Assembly (NCBI GenBank): GCA_963726245.1
Contig: CAVSBT010000017.1
Span: 96,001 to 160,000 of the forward strand
Length of the DNA stretch: 64,000 nt
Source of the DNA: an uncultured Chloroflexia bacterium
Lineage (GTDB): Bacteria > Chloroflexota > Dehalococcoidia > DSTF01 > JALHUB01
Direction: 5' to 3'
Below, piece after piece: positions 21,251 to 33,156 of the stretch (the stretch's first letter is position 1; each line of letters starts with the position of its first letter). Below the pieces are notes generated by a model. The model was given only the letters and a program-made list of their open reading frames with translations, made no database searches and was not told the DNA's origin. The position numbers and the translations under genes were made by a program.

Positions 21251-23065
21251 TTACCAGGGCGGAGGCGATGGGTCACCCCAAAAGTCGTAGGTGAGCGACG
21301 CGACGTCGTCCACACCGAACGACCCGTCATCATACATGCCGACCAGCACCCAGGTGTCTGCCTCCGAGAGGGTCATGCCGATGGCGTACACGGCGTCGAC
21401 GCCGCGGTCTTCGTACAGCGTCGAGCAGTACTTGTAGATGTCTCTGTTCGGGTCGGTGAGGGCGCAGTCGCCAGCGTATGCCACCTCATAGGACGCGAGG
21501 TATACCCCAATCGCCTCCTCAGGTGTCCAGTAGCCGATGGGCGCGGCCATCGGCGGCTGCGGTGGCGGCGTGGCGGTAGGCTGAAGCGCCGGCGATGTCG
21601 GGGCGGGTGCCGGAGTTGCTGCGGGATGGCGCGGCGGCACCACGAGCCCCATCTCGTTGGCGAGGACGTTGCTCTGGAGCTGGGCCAGGTATTCTAGGCC
21701 ATCGAAGGATATCGAGTCCTCCAGCGACATCGTGGCCACCACCGCCAGGACGTTCGACTGACGGAACCCGATGATGCCGAGAATGTACGGAGGCTCGTCC
21801 GGCGACTCAACAATCTCCTCAGCGCGGAACAGACAACTCTCGTCGCCTATCGCCGGGTCCGAAAGCTGCTCCGGTTCATAGAATTCAAGGCCGACGGCCG
21901 TTATGAACTCCCAGGCCGTGTCCGTGAACTCGTCGCATCCCGACACAGCGTCGGAGGCGCCCTCCTCTGTCTCGTAGAGGTCGATCTGAGTCATGACAAC
22001 CAGCGGCGTCTCGCTACCCTGGTCGACGGCCTGGAAGTTGTCGAAGAGGCGTCGTACGCCTCCCTGGCGGCCGTGGGACTCGTAGAAGTCCAGCGCCGCG
22101 GCCGGGTCCTCATACCAGCTCGCCCTGTCGGCGTTGGCAAGGTAGATCTCCTCGCTGAGGTCGAGATTGGTCCCGATGTCAGAGGCCGACAGCAGGGGGA
22201 CGTTACCCTGGAAGAGATCCGTCGGCGTCTCTTCCGCGCTGGGAATGACCACCGCCGTCGTCGCTTTGGCCTCGTCGATGAGGGATAGCGCCAGGTTCAC
22301 GGGGCGGACGCGGCCGGAGGTCTCCGGGCCGAGCTGTTCGACGTAGTAGACCGCCGTGGGCACGCCGACGAGGTAGCCGCGCTCATCGAAAGTGCCGCCG
22401 CCGCTGTTGCCGGCGGCAATGCGAGCGTCGGTCTTGATCCAGGCCTGTTTGCGCCCCTCGGCGGACAGAAAGCCGCTGACGGAACCCTTTGTGAGTTCGA
22501 GCGAACCCTCGCCGATGGCCGGATAGCCCAGCACCGTCAGGTTACCGCCGATTTCGAGGTCGTCCGAGTCTCCAACCTTGACCGCGTCTAGATCCAGGGC
22601 CTCCGGATCGACTTCGATGCCGTTCCTGTTGCGTGTGATCCGTATGATCGCCAGGTCAAGCTCCTCATCCCAGGCAGCGAGCCCTCCGAAGTAGGTGAGA
22701 TCGGGGACGTCCTCAGGCGTGGCGGGCACGTAGATGGCGATGTCGTCGTAGGCGCCCACGCCCTCAGGGTCCACCACGTGGTAGTTGGTCAGGATGAGGC
22801 CGCTCTTGTCAACGATGGTCCCCGAGCCGCTGGCGACAGGCTCGAAGTCCCTGCCGGCGTGCGTCCCCGGCGCCACCATGACGACCGACCTCGACAGGTC
22901 CTCCACGTCCAGGCTTGCCTTGGGCGTCGCGGTTTCAGCCGGCGTTCGCGATGGCTTCGGCGTCGGCGTGGGCTCCGCTTTGCCGCCGGAGCCGCCGCAG
23001 GCCGCTCCCAGCGCGACCACCACGGCGATGACCATCAGACAGGCGCTAAGACTGAACTTGCGCAT
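21251..23065 (-). CDS. Lipoprotein trypsin-like serine protease with extra C-terminal domains
   Basis: Lipobox LGAAC; triad motifs ILTNYHVV, LDLAII and GNSGG; acidic C-terminal domains separated by Pro/Thr linkers. Confidence 0.85.
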   Translation of the reverse strand: MRKFSLSACLMVIAVVVALGAACGGSGGKAEPTPTPKPSRTPAETATPKASLDVEDLSRSVVMVAPGTHAGRDFEPVASGSGTIVDKSGLILTNYHVVDPEGVGAYDDIAIYVPATPEDVPDLTYFGGLAAWDEELDLAIIRITRNRNGIEVDPEALDLDAVKVGDSDDLEIGGNLTVLGYPAIGEGSLELTKGSVSGFLSAEGRKQAWIKTDARIAAGNSGGGTFDERGYLVGVPTAVYYVEQLGPETSGRVRPVNLALSLIDEAKATTAVVIPSAEETPTDLFQGNVPLLSASDIGTNLDLSEEIYLANADRASWYEDPAAALDFYESHGRQGGVRRLFDNFQAVDQGSETPLVVMTQIDLYETEEGASDAVSGCDEFTDTAWEFITAVGLEFYEPEQLSDPAIGDESCLFRAEEIVESPDEPPYILGIIGFRQSNVLAVVATMSLEDSISFDGLEYLAQLQSNVLANEMGLVVPPRHPAATPAPAPTSPALQPTATPPPQPPMAAPIGYWTPEEAIGVYLASYEVAYAGDCALTDPNRDIYKYCSTLYEDRGVDAVYAIGMTLSEADTWVLVGMYDDGSFGVDDVASLTYDFWGDPSPPPW

Positions 23066-23279
23066 CTCGCTACCCTCCATCACCGGGCGGCGGGCAGCCC
23101 TCGGCCGTCCGCTGCACCGGCAGAGGCTCGTGTATGGCCTCTATCATCTTGATCGGCAGCGGGCGGCGACTCTGGACATCGGCCGATAGGCGTAGCTTGG
23201 GATTCTTCGGCGAGGAGGTCTATGTCCAGACGGTGTCGAGGCTCAGTAGAAGGAGTTCGGGGTGTCCAGCCGCCCGCGG

Positions 23280-26200
23280 TTAAGCCGCCGCCTTCTCCTC
23301 AGGTGCGTACCGGAGCAGGCGGCGCAGCATGTTTCGCTTGTGGAGCCGCACCAGGGCCTCCACTACTTTGGGGCTAAACTGCCCGCCCGAACACGCCACG
23401 ATCTCCCGTATGGCCGCGGCGACGGAGCGGGCTGCCCTGTAGGGGCGGTCGCTCGTTATGGCGTCGAAGGCGTCGGCCGCAGCGACGATGGTGGCGGCTT
23501 CCGGAATGGCCTCGCCTGCCAGACCGTCAGGATACCCGCCGCCGTCCCAGCGCTCATGGTGCGAGCGGGCGATGGTGGCCGCCAGTTCGAAGCCCGGCCG
23601 CCCGGCCAGGAACTCGCCGCCCCAGGTGGTATGGTGTTTCATTAGTTCCCATTCTTCGTTGGCTAGTGTGCCTGTGCTGGCCAGCAAGGAATCCGGTACG
23701 CGGACCTTGCCGATGTCATGGAGCACCGCCGCCAGGCCCAGATCCTTCGCTTCCTCTTCGCCGTAGTCAAGCTCATGTGCCAGCGCTTCGCTGATCGCGC
23801 GGACGTTCTGGAGGTGGAGACCGGTGGTAGAGTCGTGAGCCTCGGCGGCGGCGGCGAGCAGCATCACCGTCTCGGTATGGGACTGGGCGAGGCGGGCTGA
23901 GGCTGACCGGAGTTCCTCAAGCAGCGCCGCCGTGCGCGCGATCGCTGTGTCCTGCGTGTCCGCCATCTGCTTGCGCTCGGTGACGTCGGTGAAAAAGCCC
24001 ACATTGCACTTACGGCCGTCTAAGACCACCATAATGGCGTTGACGTCAGCGTAGAATAGGCTGCCGTCTTTGCGCTGGCACGGAAGGTCAGCTGACAACA
24101 GCTTTTCACCCCGCGCTTGGGCCTCGAACTCGGCCAGCACGTAGTCCAAGGACTCCTTTGGGTGAATGTCCGCCACGCCTATCCGCAAGAACTCTTCTTC
24201 AGTGTATCCGAACATCCTGCACATCGCTGGGTTGGCATGGCGGAATTGTTTCGTTTGCAGGTCGGCCACGAGCATTCCCTCTGGGGCGCCTGCGAACAGC
24301 GCCTTGTACCTGGCTTCTGATTCCCGCAGCGCCTCCTCGGCCCGCTTGCGATCGGTGATGTCGGAGATACACCCGACCATTCTGATGGGCTTTCCACTCT
24401 CGTCAAGAACCGCCTGGCCCTTGGAGTTTTGCCAGCGGTATTCGCCCGATTTATGCCGATGCCGATAGTCAACATCATATCTCGTGCCCTTTTCAAGATG
24501 GTTGTTCATAGCGGTGACCACACGATCGTAGTCATCAGGGTGGATTCTTGATGCCCACGAAGTGTACGTATGAGGCAATGCCGGATCATCAAACGAGTAT
24601 CCGATAATTTCACACCAGCGAGGGGAAAAGAACTCCTGATTGGTTTGAATATCCCATTCCCAAAGGCCCTCTTCAGTCGCATTGATCGCTAGCCGAAATC
24701 TTTCCTCGCTCTCGCGCAGCGCCTGCTCCGCCTGCCTCTGCTCAATTATGTGGCCCAGTCGCTCGGCAACGGCATTGATTAGACGCCTCTCGGCATCCAG
24801 GAAGGGCCGCTCCTTGCGCTCTGGTTTCTCGTCCAGGTAGTGAACCTCTACGGTACCGCTGGGCCGCCCGCGGACAACAATGTCGGAGGCCTGACTCCAC
24901 TTGGTCTCCCTGAAGTTGTCTGTCGTGAACACCTGCTCTTCGAAGACGATGCGGGCGCACGCAACTTCCGGGTACTGCCAGGCCGGCGGCAGCAGCTCGG
25001 TCGTTGCCTGGAGCATTTGTGGCAGGGAGACATCCCGTTTCTGAGCGAGATCGGACAGGGCATACAGGCAATTGAGTTCGTTGGCCCGCCCTGTGAGAAC
25101 TTCGGGCCGCTGCCGCTTTGCCGCGTACATCTCGCTGTCGGCCAGGCTGATCAGCTCCTCCACCCTTGCGGCCTCAGTGGGGTAGATCGCCAGGCCGATG
25201 CTGACGGCGACGGGCACTGTTGAGTTCATCTCTGGATCAGTCAGGCCGGCGCTGGCCAGAGTTTCGAGCACGGTAGCCTGGTACCGTTCGGCCTCCTGGC
25301 GGTTGGCGCCCGGGAGGATCGCCACGAACTCATCGCCTCCGTAGCGTCCCACCACCGCGCCGTCTCTAGACAGCGCCCCCGCCACCGCGACCAGCACAGC
25401 GTCGCCGATCTGGTGGCCGTAGATGTCGTTTGTGGCCTTAAGACCGTCAACGTCAACCATCGCCACCGTGTGCGAATCGCTGTCGTGGTGCCCGTGGAGC
25501 AGGTTGCGTAGCTCGTCCACGATGGCGCCGTGGTTGAGCACACCGGTCATCGGGTCGCGCCGGGCCTGCTCGCGCAGCGCCTCCACCATCTGCCTGCGCT
25601 CGGTGACGTCGGTGAAAATGCCCACATTGCACTTACGGCCGTCCAAGACCACCGTAACGCCGCTGACGTTGGCGTAGAATAGGCTGCCGTCTTTGCGCTG
25701 GCACGGAAGGTCAGGCGACAGCAGCTTTTCACCGCGCACTTGGGCCTCGAACTCGGCCAGCACGTAGTCCAAGGACTCCTTTGGGTGAATGTCCGCCACG
25801 CCTATCCGCAAGAACTCTTCTTCAGTGTATCCGAACATCCTGCACATCGCTGGGTTGGCATGGCGGAATTGCCTCGTCTGCAGGTCGGCCACGAGCATTC
25901 CCTCTGGGGCGCCTGCGAACAGCGCCTTGTACCTGGCTTCTGATTCCTGCAGCGCCTCCTCGGCCTGCTTCCGCTCAATTATGTGGCCCAGTCGCTCGGC
26001 AACAGCGTTGATTAGACGCCTCTCGGCATCCAGGAAGGGCCCCTCCTCGTGCTCTGGTTTCCCGTCCAGGTAGCGAACCTCTACTGTACCGCTGGGCCGC
26101 CCGCGAACAACAATTTCGGAGGCCTGACTCCACCTGGTCTCCCTGAAGTTGTCTGTCGTGAACACCTGCTCTTCGAAGACGATGCGGGCGCACGTAACTT

Positions 26201-27149
26201 CCGGGTACTGCCAGGCCGGCGGCAGCAGCTCGGTCGTTGCCTGGAGCATTTGTGGCAGGGAGACATCCCGTTTCTGAGCGAGATCGGACAGGTTGTACAG
26301 GCAATTGAGTTCCTTGGCCCGCTCTGCGAGAACTTCGGTCCGGTCCCGCAGTGAGTACTCCGCCAGCCCCCGCGCGCTGACCATCTCGTTGAAGTCCCGG
26401 GCCAGGGAGGCCACCTCCTCCGGGCCGGACACCTTTGCCCTCGCTGCCAGGTCCCCCGATGTGATGGCTCTCACGCTCTTCCGCAGCGAAGCCAGGGGGC
26501 GCACGACTGACAAGATCAGCATCACCATCGCCGTAGTGCCAGCCACGAGGGCAATCAGTCCAAAGGCGACGAACAGCGTAAGGGTGACATCTGCCGCTCG
26601 GTTTGCAGCGGCCCGCTCGGCCGCCAGCTCGGCCTGCTGTCCCTTGGCCAGTTGCTCCAGGCCGAGGATGAAAGTCTCGGCGAGAGGCCATAGTCGTGGC
26701 AGTTGCTCTTGCGCCGTCTCTACACGGGCACTCCTGTCGGCGGAAAGCGAAGAGACCCAGAGCGTGTCCATCTCTTGGGCCAATTGCTGCCTTTGCTTGT
26801 TCAGTTCGCCGACCGCATCGAGTTGCTCCTTCGAACCCAAGGAGATCAACACAGCCCGCGCCTGGTCGAGGTCTTCCTGCGTAGCCTGGGTGACCTGCCG
26901 GTACAAATCATAGAAGGGGGACGGGTCGTCTGCCACTGCCGCGATGGCGGCCGAGGCTGCGGCCAGGTAAGACTGGGCGCGGGCATCGTCTAGGGCGGAA
27001 ACTACAGTGGACCTGCGCTGCAGCGAGCTATGTCGGTTCTCGTCGTCGTGGGCACGCCAGACCGCCAGCGCCACCACGGCCGCCAGGAGCAGCACGAACA
27101 CCGCCCCTAAAAGGACGGCTCGTCCGCGGGCTGATCTCCAACCAAACAT
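23280..27149 (-). CDS. Membrane sensor with HAMP, GAF-like, PAS, GGDEF and HD-GYP domains (c-di-GMP cyclase/phosphodiesterase)
   Basis: Two TM helices; HAMP (RPLASL...EVASLARDFNEM); RDPMTGVLNH...RYGGDEF; LHDIGK, HHERWDGGGYP and DAITSDRPY; RBS GGAGGGAG. Confidence 0.92.
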   Translation of the reverse strand: MFGWRSARGRAVLLGAVFVLLLAAVVALAVWRAHDDENRHSSLQRRSTVVSALDDARAQSYLAAASAAIAAVADDPSPFYDLYRQVTQATQEDLDQARAVLISLGSKEQLDAVGELNKQRQQLAQEMDTLWVSSLSADRSARVETAQEQLPRLWPLAETFILGLEQLAKGQQAELAAERAAANRAADVTLTLFVAFGLIALVAGTTAMVMLILSVVRPLASLRKSVRAITSGDLAARAKVSGPEEVASLARDFNEMVSARGLAEYSLRDRTEVLAERAKELNCLYNLSDLAQKRDVSLPQMLQATTELLPPAWQYPEVTCARIVFEEQVFTTDNFRETRWSQASEIVVRGRPSGTVEVRYLDGKPEHEEGPFLDAERRLINAVAERLGHIIERKQAEEALQESEARYKALFAGAPEGMLVADLQTRQFRHANPAMCRMFGYTEEEFLRIGVADIHPKESLDYVLAEFEAQVRGEKLLSPDLPCQRKDGSLFYANVSGVTVVLDGRKCNVGIFTDVTERRQMVEALREQARRDPMTGVLNHGAIVDELRNLLHGHHDSDSHTVAMVDVDGLKATNDIYGHQIGDAVLVAVAGALSRDGAVVGRYGGDEFVAILPGANRQEAERYQATVLETLASAGLTDPEMNSTVPVAVSIGLAIYPTEAARVEELISLADSEMYAAKRQRPEVLTGRANELNCLYALSDLAQKRDVSLPQMLQATTELLPPAWQYPEVACARIVFEEQVFTTDNFRETKWSQASDIVVRGRPSGTVEVHYLDEKPERKERPFLDAERRLINAVAERLGHIIEQRQAEQALRESEERFRLAINATEEGLWEWDIQTNQEFFSPRWCEIIGYSFDDPALPHTYTSWASRIHPDDYDRVVTAMNNHLEKGTRYDVDYRHRHKSGEYRWQNSKGQAVLDESGKPIRMVGCISDITDRKRAEEALRESEARYKALFAGAPEGMLVADLQTKQFRHANPAMCRMFGYTEEEFLRIGVADIHPKESLDYVLAEFEAQARGEKLLSADLPCQRKDGSLFYADVNAIMVVLDGRKCNVGFFTDVTERKQMADTQDTAIARTAALLEELRSASARLAQSHTETVMLLAAAAEAHDSTTGLHLQNVRAISEALAHELDYGEEEAKDLGLAAVLHDIGKVRVPDSLLASTGTLANEEWELMKHHTTWGGEFLAGRPGFELAATIARSHHERWDGGGYPDGLAGEAIPEAATIVAAADAFDAITSDRPYRAARSVAAAIREIVACSGGQFSPKVVEALVRLHKRNMLRRLLRYAPEEKAAA
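23963..26338. repeat. Intragenic direct repeats: 23963-24342 ~ 25586-25965 (PAS) and 24740-25105 ~ 25973-26338 (GAF-like)
   Basis: Near-identical nucleotide blocks, and the same peptides twice (ESEARYKALFAGAPEG...; ELNCLY...PPAWQYPEV). Confidence 0.92.
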
Positions 27150-27522
27150 CGCTGGCGCTACTCTCCCTCCTGCTCGACCATGCTCATGGCAGGCTGGGAT
27201 TGCCAAAGGTAACCTGGGCAGAGGGGGCTCCTGCGCTTACCTTTGCACTTGTTAAGACCTCTCACGAGACGGATATGCATCTGTGGACACGATGGAGGGT
27301 CAGCCCCAAGGCCGCCCGCCGCGATCAGCAGGCGGCTTGGCCGGCGCCGGACTTCCCTCCTACTGTCTTGTTCGGCAGCGCTCATTAGATCGGAGATTGA
27401 CCGAGAGGATGACCAGGAATCAGCCTATCGGTGGATGCCTGCGGCTCGCCGGTGGGCGTCGTGTGCTCTTCAACTCCTAGACCTAGCGCTGACGAGGGGT
27501 CGCAGGAACGCGCATACCCAGA

Positions 27523-27551
27523 TTGCCCACCCCAGGGGCCTGTGCTATACT
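27523..27551 (+). promoter_or_regulatory. Putative sigma70 promoter of the rpsB operon
   Basis: TTGCCC-17 nt-TATACT with TG extended -10. Confidence 0.6.
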
Positions 27552-27671
27552 GGCGAAGCGCCAGGGGGGACCGCCTCTGGCGCAAGGCCTGATTTGCGAT
27601 GGTCGCCGGCCATCGCGTGGCAATGGCCCCTCGAGGGGCTTCTTTCGGTCACAGACACGAGAGGAGTGGAG

Positions 27672-28493
27672 TTGGCAACAGCCGTATCGATGAAGATGCT
27701 CTTGGAAGCGGGGGTCCACTTCGGGCATCAGACCCGGCGTTGGGACCCCCGAATGCGCAGCTTCATCTTCACGGAGCGCAACGGCATCCATATCATCGAC
27801 CTTCAGCAGACGGTGCAGCGCCTGTCCGATGCCTGCGACTTCGTACGGGACGTGGCGGCGAGGGGGGAAACCGTCCTCTTTGTGGGCACGAAGAAGCAGG
27901 CCCAGGAGTCCATCGAGCTGGAGGCCAAGCGCTGCACGATGCCCTACGTCAATAACCGCTGGCTGGGCGGTACTCTCACCAACTTCGCAACCATCCAGGG
28001 CCGCATCGACTACCTGGTGCGCCTGGAGGACTCTCGCGCCCGCGGTGAGTTTCAACGCCTGCCTAAGAAAGAAGCCCTCAAGATCGACGAAGAGATCGAG
28101 CGCCTCAACCGCCACTTCGGCGGCATCAAGGAGATGACGCGGCTGCCCGGCGCCATCTTCCTCGTTGATCCGAGCATGGAGCGGATCGCCGTTGCTGAGG
28201 CCGTCCGCGTCGGCATCCCCATCCTGGCGATGGTCGACACCAACTGCAACCCCGACGAGATCGACTATCCTATCCCCTCCAACGATGACGCTATCCGCGC
28301 TGTCAAGCTGATGACCAGCCGCGTCGCCGATGCCGCCCTGGAGGGCCTGGCCGTCCGCGAGTACGGCGAGGGATACGCGGCGGATGGGGAGCTAGTGGCC
28401 GCCGGCCAGGTCTTCTCTGCCTCACCGGACGAGCCAGAGCCGGTCTACGAGGAAGAAGCCCCGGCTGAGCCCGGCCCGGTGTCCGAGGCCTAG
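27672..28493 (+). CDS. rpsB: 30S ribosomal protein S2
   Basis: [35 protein letters not shown] and [10 protein letters not shown]. Confidence 0.97.
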   Translation: MATAVSMKMLLEAGVHFGHQTRRWDPRMRSFIFTERNGIHIIDLQQTVQRLSDACDFVRDVAARGETVLFVGTKKQAQESIELEAKRCTMPYVNNRWLGGTLTNFATIQGRIDYLVRLEDSRARGEFQRLPKKEALKIDEEIERLNRHFGGIKEMTRLPGAIFLVDPSMERIAVAEAVRVGIPILAMVDTNCNPDEIDYPIPSNDDAIRAVKLMTSRVADAALEGLAVREYGEGYAADGELVAAGQVFSASPDEPEPVYEEEAPAEPGPVSEA

Positions 28494-28512
28494 AGGCAGG
28501 GAGCGAAGGTTC

Positions 28513-30380
<1,868 letters not shown>

Positions 30381-30402
30381 AGCGGCGGCGGCTGCTCCTG
30401 CC

Positions 30403-31198
30403 ATGGTTGCTCATCCCGCGCCCCGCGTTACCCAGAAGAAGCCGGCCCACGTGCCGACCCACGTGGCCATCATCATGGACGGCAACGGACGCTGGGCGGC
30501 GCAACGGAGGCTCTCGCGCCAGGCGGGACACCGGGCCGGTACCGAGAACATCCGCCGCGTCATCGAGGCCTTCGCCGAGCGCGGCGTGAAGTACCTGACT
30601 CTGTTCGCCTTCTCCACCGAGAACTGGGGCCGCCCCAGGAAGGAGGTGGACGCCCTTTTGCGTCTCCTGGGCCGCGTCATCAACCGCGAGATCAACGCCC
30701 TGCACAAGAACGGCATCCGGCTGCGCCATATCGGCCGGCTGGATCCCCTTTCCTCCACGCTCCAGAAGAAGGTGCAGGACGCTGTCGAGCTCACCAAGGA
30801 CAACCGGCGAATGACGGTCGAGCGTGGCCTTCAACTACGGCGGCCGGGCCGAGATCCTGGATGCCGTGCGGCGCATGCTGGCCGAAGGCCTCCCACCGGA
30901 GCGCATCGACGACGACGTCTTTCGCTCCTACTTGTACACGGCAGAGCTCCCGGACCCCGACCTGATCATCCGCACGGCGGGGGAGATGAGGCTCTCCAAC
31001 TTCCTCCTCTGGCAATCGGCCTACGCCGAGTACTATGCCACGCCCACCTACTGGCCGGACTTCGACGCCGCCGAGATCGATCGGGCCCTGGAGGCCTACA
31101 GCCACCGTCAGCGCCGGTTCGGCCTGGTTCGGGGCGGCGCCGCGCCGTCTGCCCGCCCGCCGGGGGAGAACAGCCGCGACCGGGCGGCTTCCTCCTAG
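30403..31198 (+). CDS. uppS: Polyprenyl (undecaprenyl) diphosphate synthase (apparent frameshift ~30822)
   Basis: [30 protein letters not shown] and [22 protein letters not shown]. Confidence 0.95.
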
Positions 31199-31221
31199 CC
31201 CCCGAAGGTTCACGTCTCCAC

Positions 31222-32010
31222 ATGCTAGCCCAGAGAGTCGCGAGCGCCGTGGTGGGGCTCCCGATCATCGTCGGCCTTGTGCTGCTCGGCGGGGGACCGT
31301 ACACGGCGGTGGTGGCCCTTGTCCTGCTGGTGGCCACGCTGGAGTTCGAAGCGCCGCTGCTGGGCTGGCGGCACCCCCTGGCCCTGCTGGCCGCGTCCCT
31401 ATCGGCGGCCCTGGCCGCGGGCGCCCTCGTGGGGGCGGACTGGCTCATCTGGTTCGGGACGGGCCTGGTGATCCTGCCACTGCTCTTCGTCACCCTGGCC
31501 GGCGACCCCGATACCGGCCTCCAGCACTGGCTCTGGGCAGTCGGGGGCGTGCTCTACCTGGGCTGGTTGGGAAGCCACCTGGTGCTGCTCCGCGAGGCCC
31601 CCGACGGACGCGACTGGGTGCTGCTGGTTCTACTCGCCACCTTCGCCACCGACACGTCGTCCTACTTCGTGGGACGGGCCGTGGGGCGGCGGCCGCTGGC
31701 CTCCCGCATCAGCCCAGGCAAGACCGTCGAGGGCGCGATTGGCGGCGTCTTCTTCGGGCTGGCCGCGGTTCTTCTGCTCAACTACTTCCTGGGTCTGCGC
31801 AAGGAGGCCGCCCTCATCGTGCCGCTGGCGGTGCTGCTGCCCCTGGCCGCCGAGCTGGGCGACCTGGCGGAATCGCTCCTCAAGCGCGGGATGCAGATCA
31901 AGGACGCCAGCCCCCTCGTCCCGGGGCATGGCGGCCTCATGGACCGCCTGGACAGCGTCCTCTTCACAGGCGTCGTGCTATACTACTATCTACTGTGGAT
32001 TCTGCCTTAA
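31222..32010 (+). CDS. cdsA: Phosphatidate cytidylyltransferase
   Basis: [17 protein letters not shown] and [16 protein letters not shown]...[12 protein letters not shown]. Confidence 0.95.
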   Translation: MLAQRVASAVVGLPIIVGLVLLGGGPYTAVVALVLLVATLEFEAPLLGWRHPLALLAASLSAALAAGALVGADWLIWFGTGLVILPLLFVTLAGDPDTGLQHWLWAVGGVLYLGWLGSHLVLLREAPDGRDWVLLVLLATFATDTSSYFVGRAVGRRPLASRISPGKTVEGAIGGVFFGLAAVLLLNYFLGLRKEAALIVPLAVLLPLAAELGDLAESLLKRGMQIKDASPLVPGHGGLMDRLDSVLFTGVVLYYYLLWILP

Positions 32011-33156
32011 GAGGACTTGTCGTCCTCGGCTCTACAGGTTCCATCGGTCGGCAGACGCTGGACGTAGTTCGCGGCCTGGGCGACCGATTTCGCGTCATCG
32101 GTCTGGCTGCCGGACGAAACGTCGTTACCCTCGAGCAGCAGGTGCGCGAGTTCGCACCTCGGCTGGTCGGGCAGCGAGAGCGCCGATGACTACGCCCGCC
32201 TGAAGTCCACACTAGGCGCCCGAGCGCCGGCCTGGGCCACCATGGAGGAGATGGCCACCCTCCCCGACGTGGACATCGTGGTGGTGGCCACGGCCGGCAA
32301 GGCCGGCCTTCACCCCACCCTGGCCGCCCTGCGCGCCGGTAAGGTCGTGGCCCTGGCCAACAAAGAGGTCCTGGTCATGGCCGGCCACCTCGTCACCGAG
32401 GCGGCCGAACGGGGCCGCGGCCAGCTCCGCCCCATCGATAGCGAGCACAGCGCCGTCTGGCAGTGCCTCTGGGGCGAGGAGCGTTCCTCCATCGCCCGCG
32501 TCATCCTCACGGCGTCCGGCGGCGCCTTCCGCGATCGCTCCCTGGAGGAGCTGCGCTGCGTGACGCCGGAGCAGGCGCTGCGCCACCCCACCTGGCAAAT
32601 GGGTCGCAAGGTGACAGTGGACTCGGCCACCCTCCTGAACAAGGGCTTTGAGGCCATGGAGGCCCGCTGGCTCTTCGGCGTGCCCTTCCAGAGCGTTGAG
32701 ATCGTGCTCCACCGTCAGAGCATCGTCCACTCGCTGGTGGAGTTCATAGACGGCTCCATCAAGGCGCAGATGGGGATGCCGGACATGAGGCTGCCGATCC
32801 AGTGCGCCCTCTGCTATCCTGAGAGGCTCCGCTGCCCATCGGTGGCCCGCCTGGACCTGACCCGGGTGGGCAGCCTGGAGTTCGCGGTGCCGGACCTGCG
32901 CCGCTTCCCTTGCCTGCGCTTGGGCCTGCAGGCGGGCGCCAGAGGCGGCACCTACCCCGCCGTCCTGGCCGCCGCCGACGAGGTGGCGGTGGAGCAGTTC
33001 CTCGCCGGCCACCTGGGCTTCATGGAGATCGGCGCCGTCCTGGAGGGCGCGCTGGAGGCTCACCGTCCCAGCGGAGACGTATCGCTGGCGGCGGTGCTGG
33101 AGGCCGACGCCTGGGCCCGCGCCTGGGCTGAGGACTGGGTGAGGGCGAAGACGTGA
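31995..33156 (+). CDS. dxr: 1-deoxy-D-xylulose-5-phosphate reductoisomerase (apparent indels ~32170-32240)
   Basis: [25 protein letters not shown] and [21 protein letters not shown]. Confidence 0.94.
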
